Origin: Eledone cirrhosa
Taxonomy: Eukaryota
Direction of reading: 5' to 3'
NCBI GenBank assembly: GCA_964016885.1
Contig: OZ024747.1
Span: forward strand, 12,834,001-12,898,000
Length of the DNA: 64,000 nucleotides
Translations under genes and position numbers: made by a program
Part shown: positions 52,393-64,000 of the stretch, in pieces
How positions within the stretch are numbered: position 1 is the first letter of the stretch
How the letters are laid out: each line of letters opens with the position of its first letter
Notes under the pieces: model-generated
What the model saw: the letters and a program-made list of their open reading frames with translations, nothing else
Databases searched by the model: none
What the model was told of the DNA's origin: nothing

Positions 52393-53040
52393 CTCTCTCT
52401 CTTTCTTTCTCTTCATCTCTCTCCCTGTCTCTATCTCTCTCCATCTCTCTCCCTGTCTCTCTCTCTCTCTTTCTCCATCTCTCTCCCTGTCTCTCTCTCT
52501 CCATCTCTCCCCCTGTCTCTCTCCCCTCATCTCCCTCTCCCTGTCTCTCTCTCCTCATCTTTCTCTCCCTGTCTCTCTCTGCTCATCTCCCTGTCTCTGT
52601 CTCCCTCTCCCTGCCTCTCTCTCCCTGTCACTCTCTCCTCATCTCTCTCCCTGTCTCTCTCTCCTCATCTCTCTCCCTGTCTCTCTCTCCTCATCTCTCT
52701 CCCTGTCTCTCTCTCCTCATCTCTCTCCCTGTCTCTCTCTCTTCATCTCTCTCCCTGTCTCTCTCTCTTCATCTCGCTCCCTGTCTCTCTCTCTTCATCT
52801 CGCTCCCTGTCTCTCTCTCTTCATCTCGCTCCCTGTCTCTCTCTCTTCATCTCGCTCCCTGTCTCTCTCTCTTCATCTCGCTCCCTGTCTCTCTCTCCTC
52901 ATCTCCCTCTCCCTGCCTCTCTCTCCTCATCTCCCTCTCCCTGCCTCTCTCTCCTCATCTCCCTCTCCCTGCCTCTCATTCCTTGTCTCTCTCTCCCCAT
53001 CTCTCTTTTTCTCCATCCCTCTCCATCTCTCTCTCTCTCT
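52393..53040. repeat. CT-rich minisatellite, about 28-bp unit
   Basis: CTCTCTCTCTTCATCTCGCTCCCTGT variants. Confidence 0.95.
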
Positions 53041-53504
53041 GCATGCCCTGTACACTTCTCTTAATTCTTCTCTTTCCCTGAATGTATTAAATGTATTATT
53101 ATTATTAATATTGTTGTTGTTATTATTGTATGAGATTTCCTGTGTCTAAATGTAACTGAAATTTACTGCCCTGATTTTCATTTGGGAAATATCTAAATCA
53201 TTGGCTGAAAACTCATGTAATGCTGGGTTCAAAGATTGATATTAGCTTCTGTTTTTTTTTTTAATACATTCACACCCATAAGATAGCTGCAGCAAATTCT
53301 GCTGTAAACATCAACAGGATGCACTTCCTATTGATTACAGAGGCAATTACTAATGAAAAGCTGAAATGCTGAGAAAATTATAAGTTTTGTTGTACATTGC
53401 CATTTCAACAAGAAGGAAGAGATAGTTTATTGTATGTGTTAGTTTATATTTACTTTAATGCAGACAATGCTTTAAAATAGATGTAATCTGGTAGCTGAAG
53501 TGTT

Positions 53505-54290
53505 AAACCATACTCCCAGTACATATGTGGTTGATGTTGAGAAGGGCATCCAGTCATAGAAACCATACTCCCAGTACATATGTGGTTGATGTTGAGAAGG
53601 GCATCCAGTCATAGAAACCATACTCCCAGTACATATGTGGTTGATGTTGAGAAGGGCATCCAGTCATAGAAACCATACTCCCAGTACATATGTGGTTGAT
53701 GTTGAGAAGGGCATCCAGTCATAGAAACCATACTCCCAGTACATATGTGGTTGGTGTTAAGAAGGGCATCCAGTCATAGAAACCATACTCCCAGTACATA
53801 TGTGGTTGATGTTAAGGGCATCCAGTCATAGAAACCATGCTCCCAGTACATGATATGTGGTTGGTGTTAAGAAGGGCATCCAGTCATAGAAACCATACTC
53901 CCAGTACACGCTGTAATAGGGTTGGTGTTAAGAATGGTATCCAACCATGGAAATTACTCTCAGAACATGCTGTAATGTGGTTGATGTTAAGAAGGGCTAC
54001 CAGCCATAGAAAATTACACTCCCAGTACACAGGAATCATGTTCCCTGTGCACACTGCAAAGTGGTTGGCCTAAGGAAGGGCAGCCAGACACAGGAACCAT
54101 ATTCCCAGTACACACTGTAAAGTGATTGGCAGTTAGCATTAGGAAAGGCATTCAGTCATAGAAACCAAGTGTAAAAATGGAGCTTACAAGCAGGACTTAG
54201 TCACCTCAACCGTCTAGCCTTAGTATGTGACAACTTATCTAACCCATCATGGAAAATAGATGTTAAACAGTGATGGTAATGATAATGGCC
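53505..54290 (+). repeat. 55-bp tandem array amplified inside an RTE/SINE 3' UTR
   Basis: AAACCATACTCCCAGTACATATGTGGTTGATGTTGAGAAGGGCATCCAGTCATAG about 7 times, degenerate copies to about 54165, then the RTE tail. Confidence 0.92.
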
Positions 54291-54892
54291 ACCACAGGAA
54301 GAACATTTAATGGTTTCTTGCTTCTAACTGAAATCTGAAATTATTGACAATTTATACTTTTCCCATGTGTTTTAGTGATATAAATAATGTAACAATAACC
54401 TGGGAATTCTACTGAGATGTTACTACAACATAGTAATATCCTGGGAATTACATCACTAGATTAGTATTACTACATACTAAAATATTACTATTTCATCTAC
54501 AAATAAATTGAATATCAGAAGTTCATTAAAACCTAAAATAAAAATATTGTGTGTAATGTATAATATACAAAACAGACTGAAATGGAACTAATTGTAAACA
54601 GTCAAACAAATAAAACACACACACAGACACACACACAAATACAGACCCACACATATATATACACACACACACACAGACATAGTGCCATGTAGTGATTAAG
54701 ATAGACTATTTATGAAGCCAAAAAATATTTTAAGATAAAATTTTGAAATGACATTAACTCTTAGCATACTGTAATGATTTAACGAAAGTACCTTTACTTG
54801 TGGACAGACTATTAAATGTGATTAGTAATAGACAGTACCATACTTACTTACATCACAAACATCATCAAAAGTAAAATATTCTTATCTCTTCT

Positions 54893-55133
54893 TTAACACT
54901 TTAGCATTTACATTACTCTATATTTACTATTGTATTTACTTTATATTTTCATGGTAAAGGCTTTACCTCACATACTTATTCCACATAATATTGAATCTAT
55001 GAGATTTTGATAGTATTTATTTTGAGAACAATACATTAACATCAGTATGAGTGACTGATTACAGCTGGTTAGAACAGAAAGAGGTGAGAGAATTCTGGCT
55101 GGATACGGCCGATTTAAAATGCTAAAGGGTTAA
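54893..55133 (+). mobile_element. piggyBac-type MITE A
   Basis: TTAA at both ends with the family TIRs. Confidence 0.88.
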
Positions 55134-55227
55134 TTAAATCATTGATATATGTCTTGCTACTGTGTTTTGATGTGGTACAGGACGTTATGAGTTAATGAAT
55201 GAATATTGAACATTTTTAAAGGACACC

Positions 55228-55261
<34 letters not shown>

Positions 55262-55295
55262 TTTAATGTCCATTAAATGATTCCATTAAATGATG

Positions 55296-55693
55296 TCTGA
55301 AACCTGGACACTTTCGGCAGAAACAGAAAGAAGGATCCAGACAAATGCATGAGAAAACTGCTTCATATTTCCTATTGGCAACGTAAAACCAGTGAATACG
55401 TGAAAGTTTTGTGGGTCACCAGGAACCTCTACTCGCCACTGTCAAGAGGAGGAAACTGGCATGGTTTGGCTACGTTACATGACATGACAGCCTGTGCAAG
55501 ACCATTATGTAAGGCAGCCAGCATTGAAGGTGGACGCAGGAGGGGATGCCAATGCAAAAACTGGTTGGACAATGTCAAAGAATGGATGCACATGACTACA
55601 CCAGATTTTCTGGCGGCCATTGCTGATAGACTATTTTGAATGTATGCTGTTTCTGCATTCGGTTCCCCCTGACGACTACAGAAGTCAAGGGGC

Positions 55694-55726
<33 letters not shown>
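55296..55726 (+). mobile_element. RTE LINE 3' fragment, different family
   Basis: ETWTL...CMRKLLHISYWQRKTSEYV...WFG...EGGRRRGCQCKNWLDNVKEW in shifting frames; (GAT)n tail. Confidence 0.82.
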
Positions 55727-56001
55727 GGCTGATGATCTATGAAATAGGGGCTCTGATGTGGTAATAAATTCATCTGGCAATGGGTTGTGTTATTGCTTTG
55801 TGTGTCATTACATGGTAGGAATAATATATAGATATGTGACGGTGGGTGGCAACAAGTGGAGGGAGGCTGTGCTGGAAAAAAACCTGTCTAACCCATGCAA
55901 TCATGGAAAAGTGGACATGATGATGATATCAATTAATGCAATAAGAAAAAAAAGAGCAATTTTGACATTTTTCCATCCTTCCTACTTTTTTTTCACCCTT
56001 C

Positions 56002-56047
<46 letters not shown>

Positions 56048-56124
56048 CCAAGTAAAAAGTGTGCATAACAGGATGATGTAATAAAAAGAGGATGTATATG
56101 TGATACTGTCTTTCTTTTTTTTAT

Positions 56125-56176
<52 letters not shown>

Positions 56177-57323
56177 TAGGTTAAATGACGACTGTACAAC
56201 ATACTTATATAGCCATAAGTTCAACAAGACAAAGTAAAAAAAAAAAAAAAAAAAATCTATAAAAGCGCTCAGCAATAGCTGACTTTTAAACATTTGCTGT
56301 GACCAACCATAGTGGTGTGACACAAACACATTGACACCTTATAAAATATATGAAAAGTGAATATCACAGATTTTATTGTTTTTTGACTAAAATGGCTCTT
56401 CCTTGTTGATTCAGTTTCAACACAACACGTAGACACAGAGACATACAGACAAACACACACACATTCACACACTTACACACACACACATATATATATATAC
56501 CATATACACATACATACATTCACACATACATACATTCACACATACATACATACATACACACACATATACCACATACACCCATTCACACACACACATATAC
56601 CACATACACACATTCACACACACACACACATATATATATATATACCATATACACATACATACACACATATTCACACATACATACACATACACGCACACAC
56701 ATATACCACATATACCATACACACACACACACACACATAGACTCACACATTCACACATACATACACATATACATTCACACACACATATACCATACACACA
56801 CACAGATACACACATACATACACATATACGTACACATATACATACATATACACGTACAAACACAGACACACAGATAGACACACATATACATATGCACACA
56901 CACACATACCACATATACCATATACAGACAGTCTCGGATCAAGTCTCTTGTCGAAGAAGTACAACTTGGAATTACTTTGAACCACACATTTAATGCTTGT
57001 CGGGTGATTGTTCTACTAATTAATATTAATCTTTATTAATTAGATTGTGTGTAGTAGTAATAGTAGCAGTAGTTATTACATTCCGCTTGACTGAAGATTG
57101 AATTTATAACTGTTTATTTTAAATAATATTACACACACATTATAAATTATTATAATTTATGTTAGGAATATTTTGTTTTTATCTTTGCACAAATTGAAAT
57201 ACCCTGGTTGATTCTAACTTATATTATTTCCTCCTACTGTTTTCTTATTCAAAACTTTTGAACTTTGTCAATATTATTTATATGTTGGTTTAATAATTTC
57301 ATTTTTTGTTGTTGCTTTTTCAG

Positions 57324-57764
57324 CCTCCTTTTAACCTCATAAAACTGTATTACATTTGGATATGAATCAGTGGTTTCTTGCCTTAGCCACCAACTTGCCT
57401 CAAGATCTTTGTGTATTCTTTACTTGGACATAAACAATTGCGAGATCACTTTATATTTGGAGATAATTTACACACACCACTGCTTCCAGAACTACAGTTG
57501 ATGAATTCTAATGGATACTCTTCACTTGCTTTGAATTTTTATACATATAAACATTGTTATACTACAATATAAACATTGTTATACATATATTACAATATAA
57601 ATAGTGTTATACTGCAATATAAACATTGTTATACATATACTGGAATATAAACTAATTCTTCCTTGAGGATACCTGATACAAGAAGAATTATTTTAAAAGA
57701 AGAAAGGAAAAAAAGGAAAACTCATGTAAATTCATTGCTCATTATCATTTGCAAATGTTAAATA
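57324..57764 (+). other. Possible 5' UTR part of the SHD exon
   Basis: Strong acceptor TTTTTTGTTGTTGCTTTTTCAG ending at 57323; mostly unique sequence up to the ATG at 57765. Confidence 0.35.
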
Positions 57765-57874
57765 ATGGAATTAAGCTTTAGTGTGGATAACCTTTCTACA
57801 GCAGAACAACACAAAATCTGGCTGGTTTTGCAAAGAGATGAAGCACTTAAAAACAAACAGTACGGCAAAATCAA
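57765..57874 (+). CDS. First coding exon of a Rab27/Rab3-effector (synaptotagmin-like protein / MyRIP / melanophilin family), SHD1 Rab-binding helix
   Basis: ATG at 57765 with an in-frame TAA two codons upstream. Translates MELSFSVDNLSTAEQHKIWLVLQRDEALKNKQYGKI, then a phase-2 donor AA|GTAAGT at 57875. Matches the SHD1 pattern L10-x3-E14-x6-V21-x-Q23R24D25-x2-L28 in exact register with melanophilin/MyRIP N-termini as I recall them. Not in the ORF track. Confidence 0.8.
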
Positions 57875-58397
57875 GTAAGTTGTCTTTTTTATTGAGGAAA
57901 AAAAATAAGAATCTTTTGATCAAATCTTATCTATTTCAAACCTATAATTTACAAAGAGGAATTAATGTGTGCCAGGCCAGGTAGGTACTAGACACAGTCA
58001 TGTGAATCATTTATTCAAATATCTTAGAGGTAGGAGTATTCTAATAAAATCAAGCATTGACTACCAACTAGTATTGGATCTACTTAGTTGTTTTCAAGTC
58101 TTACACCTTGCTATATATCATCATCATCATTGTCACAATCATCACTGTTAAACATCTATTTTCCATTCTTGCATGGGTAAGGTGAGTTGTAACATATTGA
58201 GACTAAACTAATTAGGTGACCATATTATGCTTGTAAACTTCATTTTTGGCTTGGTTTCTCTGACTTGATACCCTTCCTACTACCAACCACTTTACAATAT
58301 GTATTTACCCTATAAAGAAAATGTTTCTTAAAAACCTTCCATCATAACTCTATTCCAGAATCTTTTCTAAAGTTATATTCTAAACATCAACTTAATA

Positions 58398-58598
58398 ATG
58401 GTTTCTGATTTAGGCACAAGGCCAACAATTTTCGTGGATGGGAAAGTTGATTAAATCGCCCCCAGTGAATTACTGGTACTTTGTTTTATTGACCCCCGTA
58501 AGGATGAAGGCAAAGCTAACCTTGGCAGGATTTGAACTCAGATGTAAAGAAGCGTAACCCTATGCCATAAAGCATATTGTCCGACGCTTTACCGATAC
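58398..58598 (-). mobile_element. SINE family A nested in MITE B
   Basis: Homology to the other copies; TSD ACTTAATAATG. Confidence 0.85.
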
Positions 58599-59079
58599 TT
58601 AATAATGAAAGTTAGTTTACTAAGCTTCTCAAAGTCTTGGTTATATTTGAAACAACTAAAATTCATAGGCAGTGTCATTCATTAGATTATATGGAAATGA
58701 AAGGTTTAATTCTATTAACACTAACTTAGCCATTGTTTTTCAAGTCAATGGCATCTCTGAATAATTTCAATTTTAATACTCTAGTGGGTTTTCTTACTTA
58801 ATTTTATTCAAAGAGAAAATTACATCCAGCTAATGAAATTAAAAAATGTAGAGTCGATCTAATTTCTGAAATAAGTTCTCTGGGTTACTATAAAGTGTTG
58901 TTTCTTTATTTCCTAATAGAGAGGATAGGCTGTGCCAATGATTTTTGGAGAAACTCCAACATTGCTGAGATTTATTTGGTTAATATTCAGCTTGAATATT
59001 TGGAAGTTGGTATTTACAGGAAAAAATGTGCATGGAAAGGGAATTCCTTAGGGTTTGCATTCTGGATACTGTGAAAATT

Positions 59080-59469
59080 TTAACCCTTTCAATACTTATC
59101 TGCCTGAAACCATTCCTGGCTCTACATTGTTGTATATGTTAAAATGTTTATCATCACTTTTCCATGTTGGCATTGTTGAAGACAATGTTGTACAGCCAGT
59201 TGCTCTTCTTTATACTAACCCTTCTGGGTGCCTCTTACACAGATGCAGTGTACTTATTATAAAAGCAAGGATAAACATACATTCATGCAAAAGCTTTCTA
59301 TCATAATTTTATGTAAACACCTTTGTTAAGTTATGTTCCAAACACAAACTTAACAATGAGAAAGTGATATTACTAAATTCTTCCCCACACAAATTCTTGT
59401 TTATTTTCAAAATTCTTTGAAAATCATTGGAGGTGTCTTTCATTAGAAATATTGTTATGAAAGAGTTAA
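59080..59469 (+). mobile_element. piggyBac-type MITE B with a small insertion
   Basis: TTAA-CCCTTTCAATAC ... GTTATGAAAGAG-TTAA. Confidence 0.7.
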
Positions 59470-59857
59470 AGGCTGGTGCTTATTTCTTATTTCAAGATAT
59501 TAAGTAGATAAGAGATTAATGCCCCCCTCCCCCCCATCTCTCTCATGCTAGTCTCTCACAAATCACATTCCCAAATAATCTACTTATATTCCTAAGAGCT
59601 AGCTGAATTGAGGCCTGAGAACCCATTTGACACCAAACTGCCTGAAACCATCACTGGTTTTATGATACAAAGCTGTTTGTTTTGAAGTGTTTATATTTAT
59701 GTAAAACTCTTGTCATAATTTGTGTCAGAGCAGTTGTGCAGTCAGGCTCAAAATGTCAGCTTAATAATGAGAAAATTATATTTTACTAAAGCTATCCAAA
59801 TATTTGATTATTTTCAAAAATTATTTGAAAAATAATAAGGAATGCTTTTTTAGAAAT

Positions 59858-60235
59858 CATCATCATCATCGCTATTTAATGTCCATTTTCCATGCTAGTA
59901 GGGTTAGACAAGTCGTCCCATTGAGACAAGTCGTCTCATTATGAGACGAGTCAGACCAGGTGACTGTGTCTTGTTCATATAGAACTGTTTATGGCTTAGT
60001 TTTTATGGCTGGATGTCCTCCCTAACAACAACCACATTTACAGCCTGGACTGGGTACTTCTTATTGTGTAACCAAAATGACCGACTGACAGGTTGGGCTG
60101 GGTCATTTTTGTCGTGTCACCAACATGACTATTTTACAAGGTGAGCCGGATGCTTTTTGAAGTGTCAGCAACATGATCACTTTACAGGGTGGGCTGGGTG
60201 CTTTTTGTTGTGTCGCCAACATGACCACTTTACAG
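59858..60235 (-). mobile_element. RTE 3' UTR fragment
   Basis: CAT tail, TTTTCCATGCTAG, GGCTGGATG..CCCTAAC..CAACC and about 45-bp subrepeats. Confidence 0.75.
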
Positions 60236-60332
60236 TAATGAAAAGGTTATGTGTATTATCCAAATGTATCAAAGTATTGGCTGTAAATTCTTTAACTTTC
60301 AAGGTCTATGATTTGATATTGTATTTAGTACA

Positions 60333-60650
60333 AGGCTTAGTGTTTAGGGTGCTGGGCTCACAATTGTAAGGCCATGAGTTTGATTCCTGTTCCAAGCTGC
60401 ATATTGTCCTTGAGCAAGGCACTTTACCTCATGTTGCTTCAGTTCACTCAACTAGCAAATGAGTTCTACATGTAATTCAAAGGGCCCACCTTGTTACATA
60501 CTGACTGTAATGCTGAATCTCCCTGAGTACTAAATTAAGGGTACATGTCTGTGGAATACTCAGCCACTTACATGTTATTTTTATGAATAGGCTGTGCCAT
60601 TATACAAACAACTGGAACATTTATCATCAGAACCGAAGGAGTTCCAACAC
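60333..60650 (+). mobile_element. SINE with family-B-like tRNA/CORE head and a different body, (AAC)n tail
   Basis: GGCTTAGTG..GAGTTTGATTCC..GTCCTTGAGCAAGGCACTTTA; the body CATGTCTGTGGAATACTCAGCCACTT is also seen at about 46630-46730 (+) and 33820-34000 (-). Confidence 0.75.
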
Positions 60651-60724
60651 ATAATACAATAACAACAATAACAACAATAACAACAACAGAGCAACTATAA
60701 ACTCATTGTTACTTGTATGCAGTA

Positions 60725-60993
60725 GATTGGCAGTATTGGTAGAGGGTCAGACGCCATGCTTTTCAGCCTCTTTAGGTCTGAGTTCAAATCCCGCTGAGGT
60801 TAACTTTGCCTTTCATCCTTACAGGTATCGGTAGAGCATCGGACTTTATGGCATAGGGCTCCGCCTCTTCATGACATGAGTTCAAATCGTGCCTTGATTT
60901 ACTTTGCCTTTCATCTTTACAGGGTCAATAAAATAAAGTACCAGTAATGTACTGGAATAATTGCTGGCCTTGTGCCAAAAGTAGAAACAATTA
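60725..60993 (+). mobile_element. SINE family A with duplicated/chimeric head
   Basis: Two B-box-plus-body starts; TSD TTACTTGTATGCAGTA. Confidence 0.82.
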
Positions 60994-61803
60994 TTACTTG
61001 TATGCAGTATAAAGTTTAAAAAAGACCTAGAATAAACGATGATGATGATGAATAAGTTCCAAATCACTGATAATATATAATTTCTTCTTAAAAAAACCCC
61101 AAACCAAACAAAACAGTCAAAATCCTGTGTTGCAGTAGTAAGAACTAGTTCTACTAAGATTTACCAATCTTTCTGTCTCAACTATTCCTTTCTTACATAT
61201 CTCTTATTTCATCTCTTCCACCCCATTAGTCTTTCTCTCTCTCTGCATCTCTCTCCTCTCTCTCTTGTTCTCACTCCTTAAAAACTCACACTTCTCCCGT
61301 CTATCTCTCCTTTCTCTCTCTATATTCTTATCCTTGTCCTTTGTTGAGTTGCCGCCTCTATTTTATTTCTCTCTCTCATCCTTTCCTTCCTCTCCTTTCT
61401 CTCTCTCTCATCCTCTCCTTCTCTCCTTTCTCTCTCTCTCATCCTCTCCTTCTCTCCTTTCTCTCTCTCTCATCCTCTCCTTCTCTCCTTTCTCTCTCTC
61501 TCATCCTCTCCTTCTCTGCTTTCTCTCTCTCTCACCCTCTCCTTATTCTCTATTCATACACTTCTTTCTCCTTACTCTCACCCCCCCCCCCCTCTCTGTC
61601 ACATATTTTCATTTTATTTTGATACTGTTATCTTGAACTGCAGCATTTTAAGATTGTATACACACGCACATGCACACTCACACACACATGCACTCACACA
61701 CGCACACACACACGCACGCACACACACACACACACACACACATACACACACACATGCACATACATACATACACACACTCGTATATCTAATCACATGCATA
61801 CAT

Positions 61804-61860
<57 letters not shown>

Positions 61861-61962
61861 CACACTCACACATACTCATGCAATCACATGCACACTCACA
61901 CATACTCATGCAATCACATGCACACACACTCACTCACACTCTCACTCACACACACTCTCACT

Positions 61963-61999
<37 letters not shown>

Positions 62000-62213
62000 C
62001 ATTACAGTTTTATCTATGAAATTCTATGTCATCATCCCCTCCCAGTCACCCCTGTAGATCATCTTTGAGAAAATGTTACATTTCTACAGCATTACAGGAA
62101 GAGGACCAAGTTCTTTGTCATGTTTGATAAACAACTTTTCTGTCTTCACTTTGGTAAAATGTCACTGAAGAAAGTATTTAGTATTTTTATAACTAGCTAG
62201 CAAATATATTTCT

Positions 62214-62279
<66 letters not shown>

Positions 62280-62464
62280 CTCTGTGAGTAATGTAATCCA
62301 TCCATGGGCCTGTAACTCCTGATGGAGTCATTGAGGAATCATAGTAACATATAGTGTGTCTTGAGTACTTTAAACCTGGCAGAGCCCATCCCTGTTCTAG
62401 GTCTGAACAGAGCTGATTTCTTCTGGAGAAAGAAAGGGAGTGAAAGTTAGAGATATAGAGGAAG

Positions 62465-62625
62465 AATGAACCCCAGTACCAAACTGGTACTTTTTTTTTT
62501 ATTGAGCTTGAAAGGATGAAAGGCAAAGTTGACTTCTGCGGGATTTGAACTCGGAGTGCAGAGATCTGGAAGAAATACTGCAAAATATTCTATCCCTTAT
62601 TATGATAACTCTGTTAATTCGCTGT
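62465..62625 (-). mobile_element. SINE family A fragment
   Basis: AAGGATGAAAGGCAAAGTTGAC, GGATTTGAACTC. Confidence 0.75.
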
Positions 62626-63038
62626 TTATAAGGATTGTAAAATTTATGTAAATTTGTGATATTGATCTGAAATGACTGTATACAAAAAAAGCAGAAAAGG
62701 TGTGTGTGTGTATATATGTGTGTGTGCTAATTTCTTCAGTAATTGTAGGATGGTGAAGGGTGATGAAGAATGTTTTTAACCCTGCTTAATTCATCTTTGA
62801 TGTAAAAATTATTTGACTTTCAAAAGTATTTTAAAAAAAACCTTAGCTTTTAATCATATTTTCAAATGAAGCATTAACAGTAAAGAATTTACAGAAAGAT
62901 TTGCTTTGACATAAGTTGTAGACAACATCATACAGTGTATTCAATAGTTATGAATATATTTAGTCACATTTAATCTTTGTGGTGTTTAATCCCAGGTCAG
63001 GTCTGATGGAGCAGACTTATGATCAAAGAAGTTCTTAC

Positions 63039-63168
63039 TGCTGCCATCTTTTTTATTTTGTTTTCAGAAACTGCCTCCTTGTTTTTTGTTTTTGTTTCTA
63101 TGGTTTTATCTGTGTCCATGGCCTTTATCAGCCCCTCTGAGATGGATGAAATGAATGAGGTTGAATAT
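63039..63168 (-). CDS. Candidate internal coding exon, product unknown
   Basis: Minus-strand acceptor TCATTAACTTGCAG and donor GCA|GTAAGA; 130 nt open frame YSTSFISSISEGLIKAMDTDKTIETKTKNKEAVSENKIKKMAA; unique sequence. Confidence 0.4.
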
Positions 63169-63299
63169 CTGCAAGTTAATGACAGATAGTTACATTGAAG
63201 ATAGGAGAAAGGATTTTCCCATGCAGTCACTCCCAGCTGCAAACATAGGTACTTTGGAATGATATGATACATAGCAGCACATTTTGCTGATAAATGTTA

Positions 63300-63770
63300 A
63301 TGGTTGCAGTGGGAGTACTGTGACCCAGGACAATTGTATTGGGTTGTACTGTCACCCAGGGATGTTTGTAGTGGGAGTACTGTGACTTAGGGAGGCTGTA
63401 GAGTGGGCATTGTCACCCAGGGATGTTTGTAGTGGGAGTACTGTGACCTAGGGAGGCTGTAGAGTGGACATTGTGACCCAGGGATGTTTGTAGTGGGAGT
63501 ACTGTGACTTAGGGAGGCTGTAGAGTGGGCATTGTGACCCAGGGATGTTTGTAGTGGGAGTACTGTGACCTAGGGAGGCTGTAGAGTGGACATTGTGACC
63601 CAAGGATGTTTGTAGTGGGAGTACTGTGACCAAAGATGGCTGTAGAAGGGGCATTGTGACCCAGGATGGCTGCAGAGGGGACATTGTGACCCAGGGATGT
63701 TTGCAGTGTGAGTAGTGTGACCAAGGATGGTTGTATTGGGAAGTATTGTTACTAAGGATGGTTGCAGATT
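63300..63770. repeat. Minisatellite with a 61-bp (31+30) dimeric unit
   Basis: GGGATGTTTGTAGTGGGAGTACTGTGAC.. alternating with GGGAGGCTGTAGAGTGG.CATTGTGACCCA; unit starts at 63359, 63420, 63481 and 63542. Confidence 0.93.
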
Positions 63771-64000
63771 TATATCTAGGACTGTATCATTAGGACAACA
63801 TTATCCACTGTGCCCTTCATCTTTTAGGATGATAATGAGTAAATTAAGGGAGACTTGACTACTATTTCTAGCAGGCTGCTCACTGGCTTGGTGGTATTAG
63901 GTGTATTTTGTGATTTAGTTAATTATATTAATTATATGGAAGTTAGTTTGAATTGTAACAGGAATATAGAGTCCTGATCCTTTAGCTGGTTGTGTGTAAT

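Overview
AT-rich, repeat-dense animal genomic DNA, most likely intronic sequence of an octopus or other coleoid cephalopod (inferred from the SINE/RTE/MITE repertoire; not verified by search). Nearly all ORFs in the supplied track are artefacts of micro- and minisatellites. Real coding signal I can support: (1) a + strand first coding exon (57765-57874) encoding a Slp/MyRIP/melanophilin-type Rab-binding helix (SHD1), absent from the ORF track; (2) two candidate minus-strand exons (4022-4272, PH-domain-like; 63039-63168), suggesting an antisense gene interleaved with the Rab effector gene; (3) decayed transposon ORFs (RTE LINEs, hAT transposase, FLYWCH/Mutator). Also present are two tRNA-derived SINE families, TTAA-flanked piggyBac-type MITEs, hAT MITEs and many tandem arrays. 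The most striking hidden structure is a set of five mutually unrelated short inserts in (TA)n tracts. Three carry a complete minimal type I hammerhead ribozyme and two carry its 3' half. Four are fold-back inverted repeats (35-240 bp arms) whose inversion junction lies in or right next to the ribozyme, consistent with Penelope-like element or retrozyme insertions.
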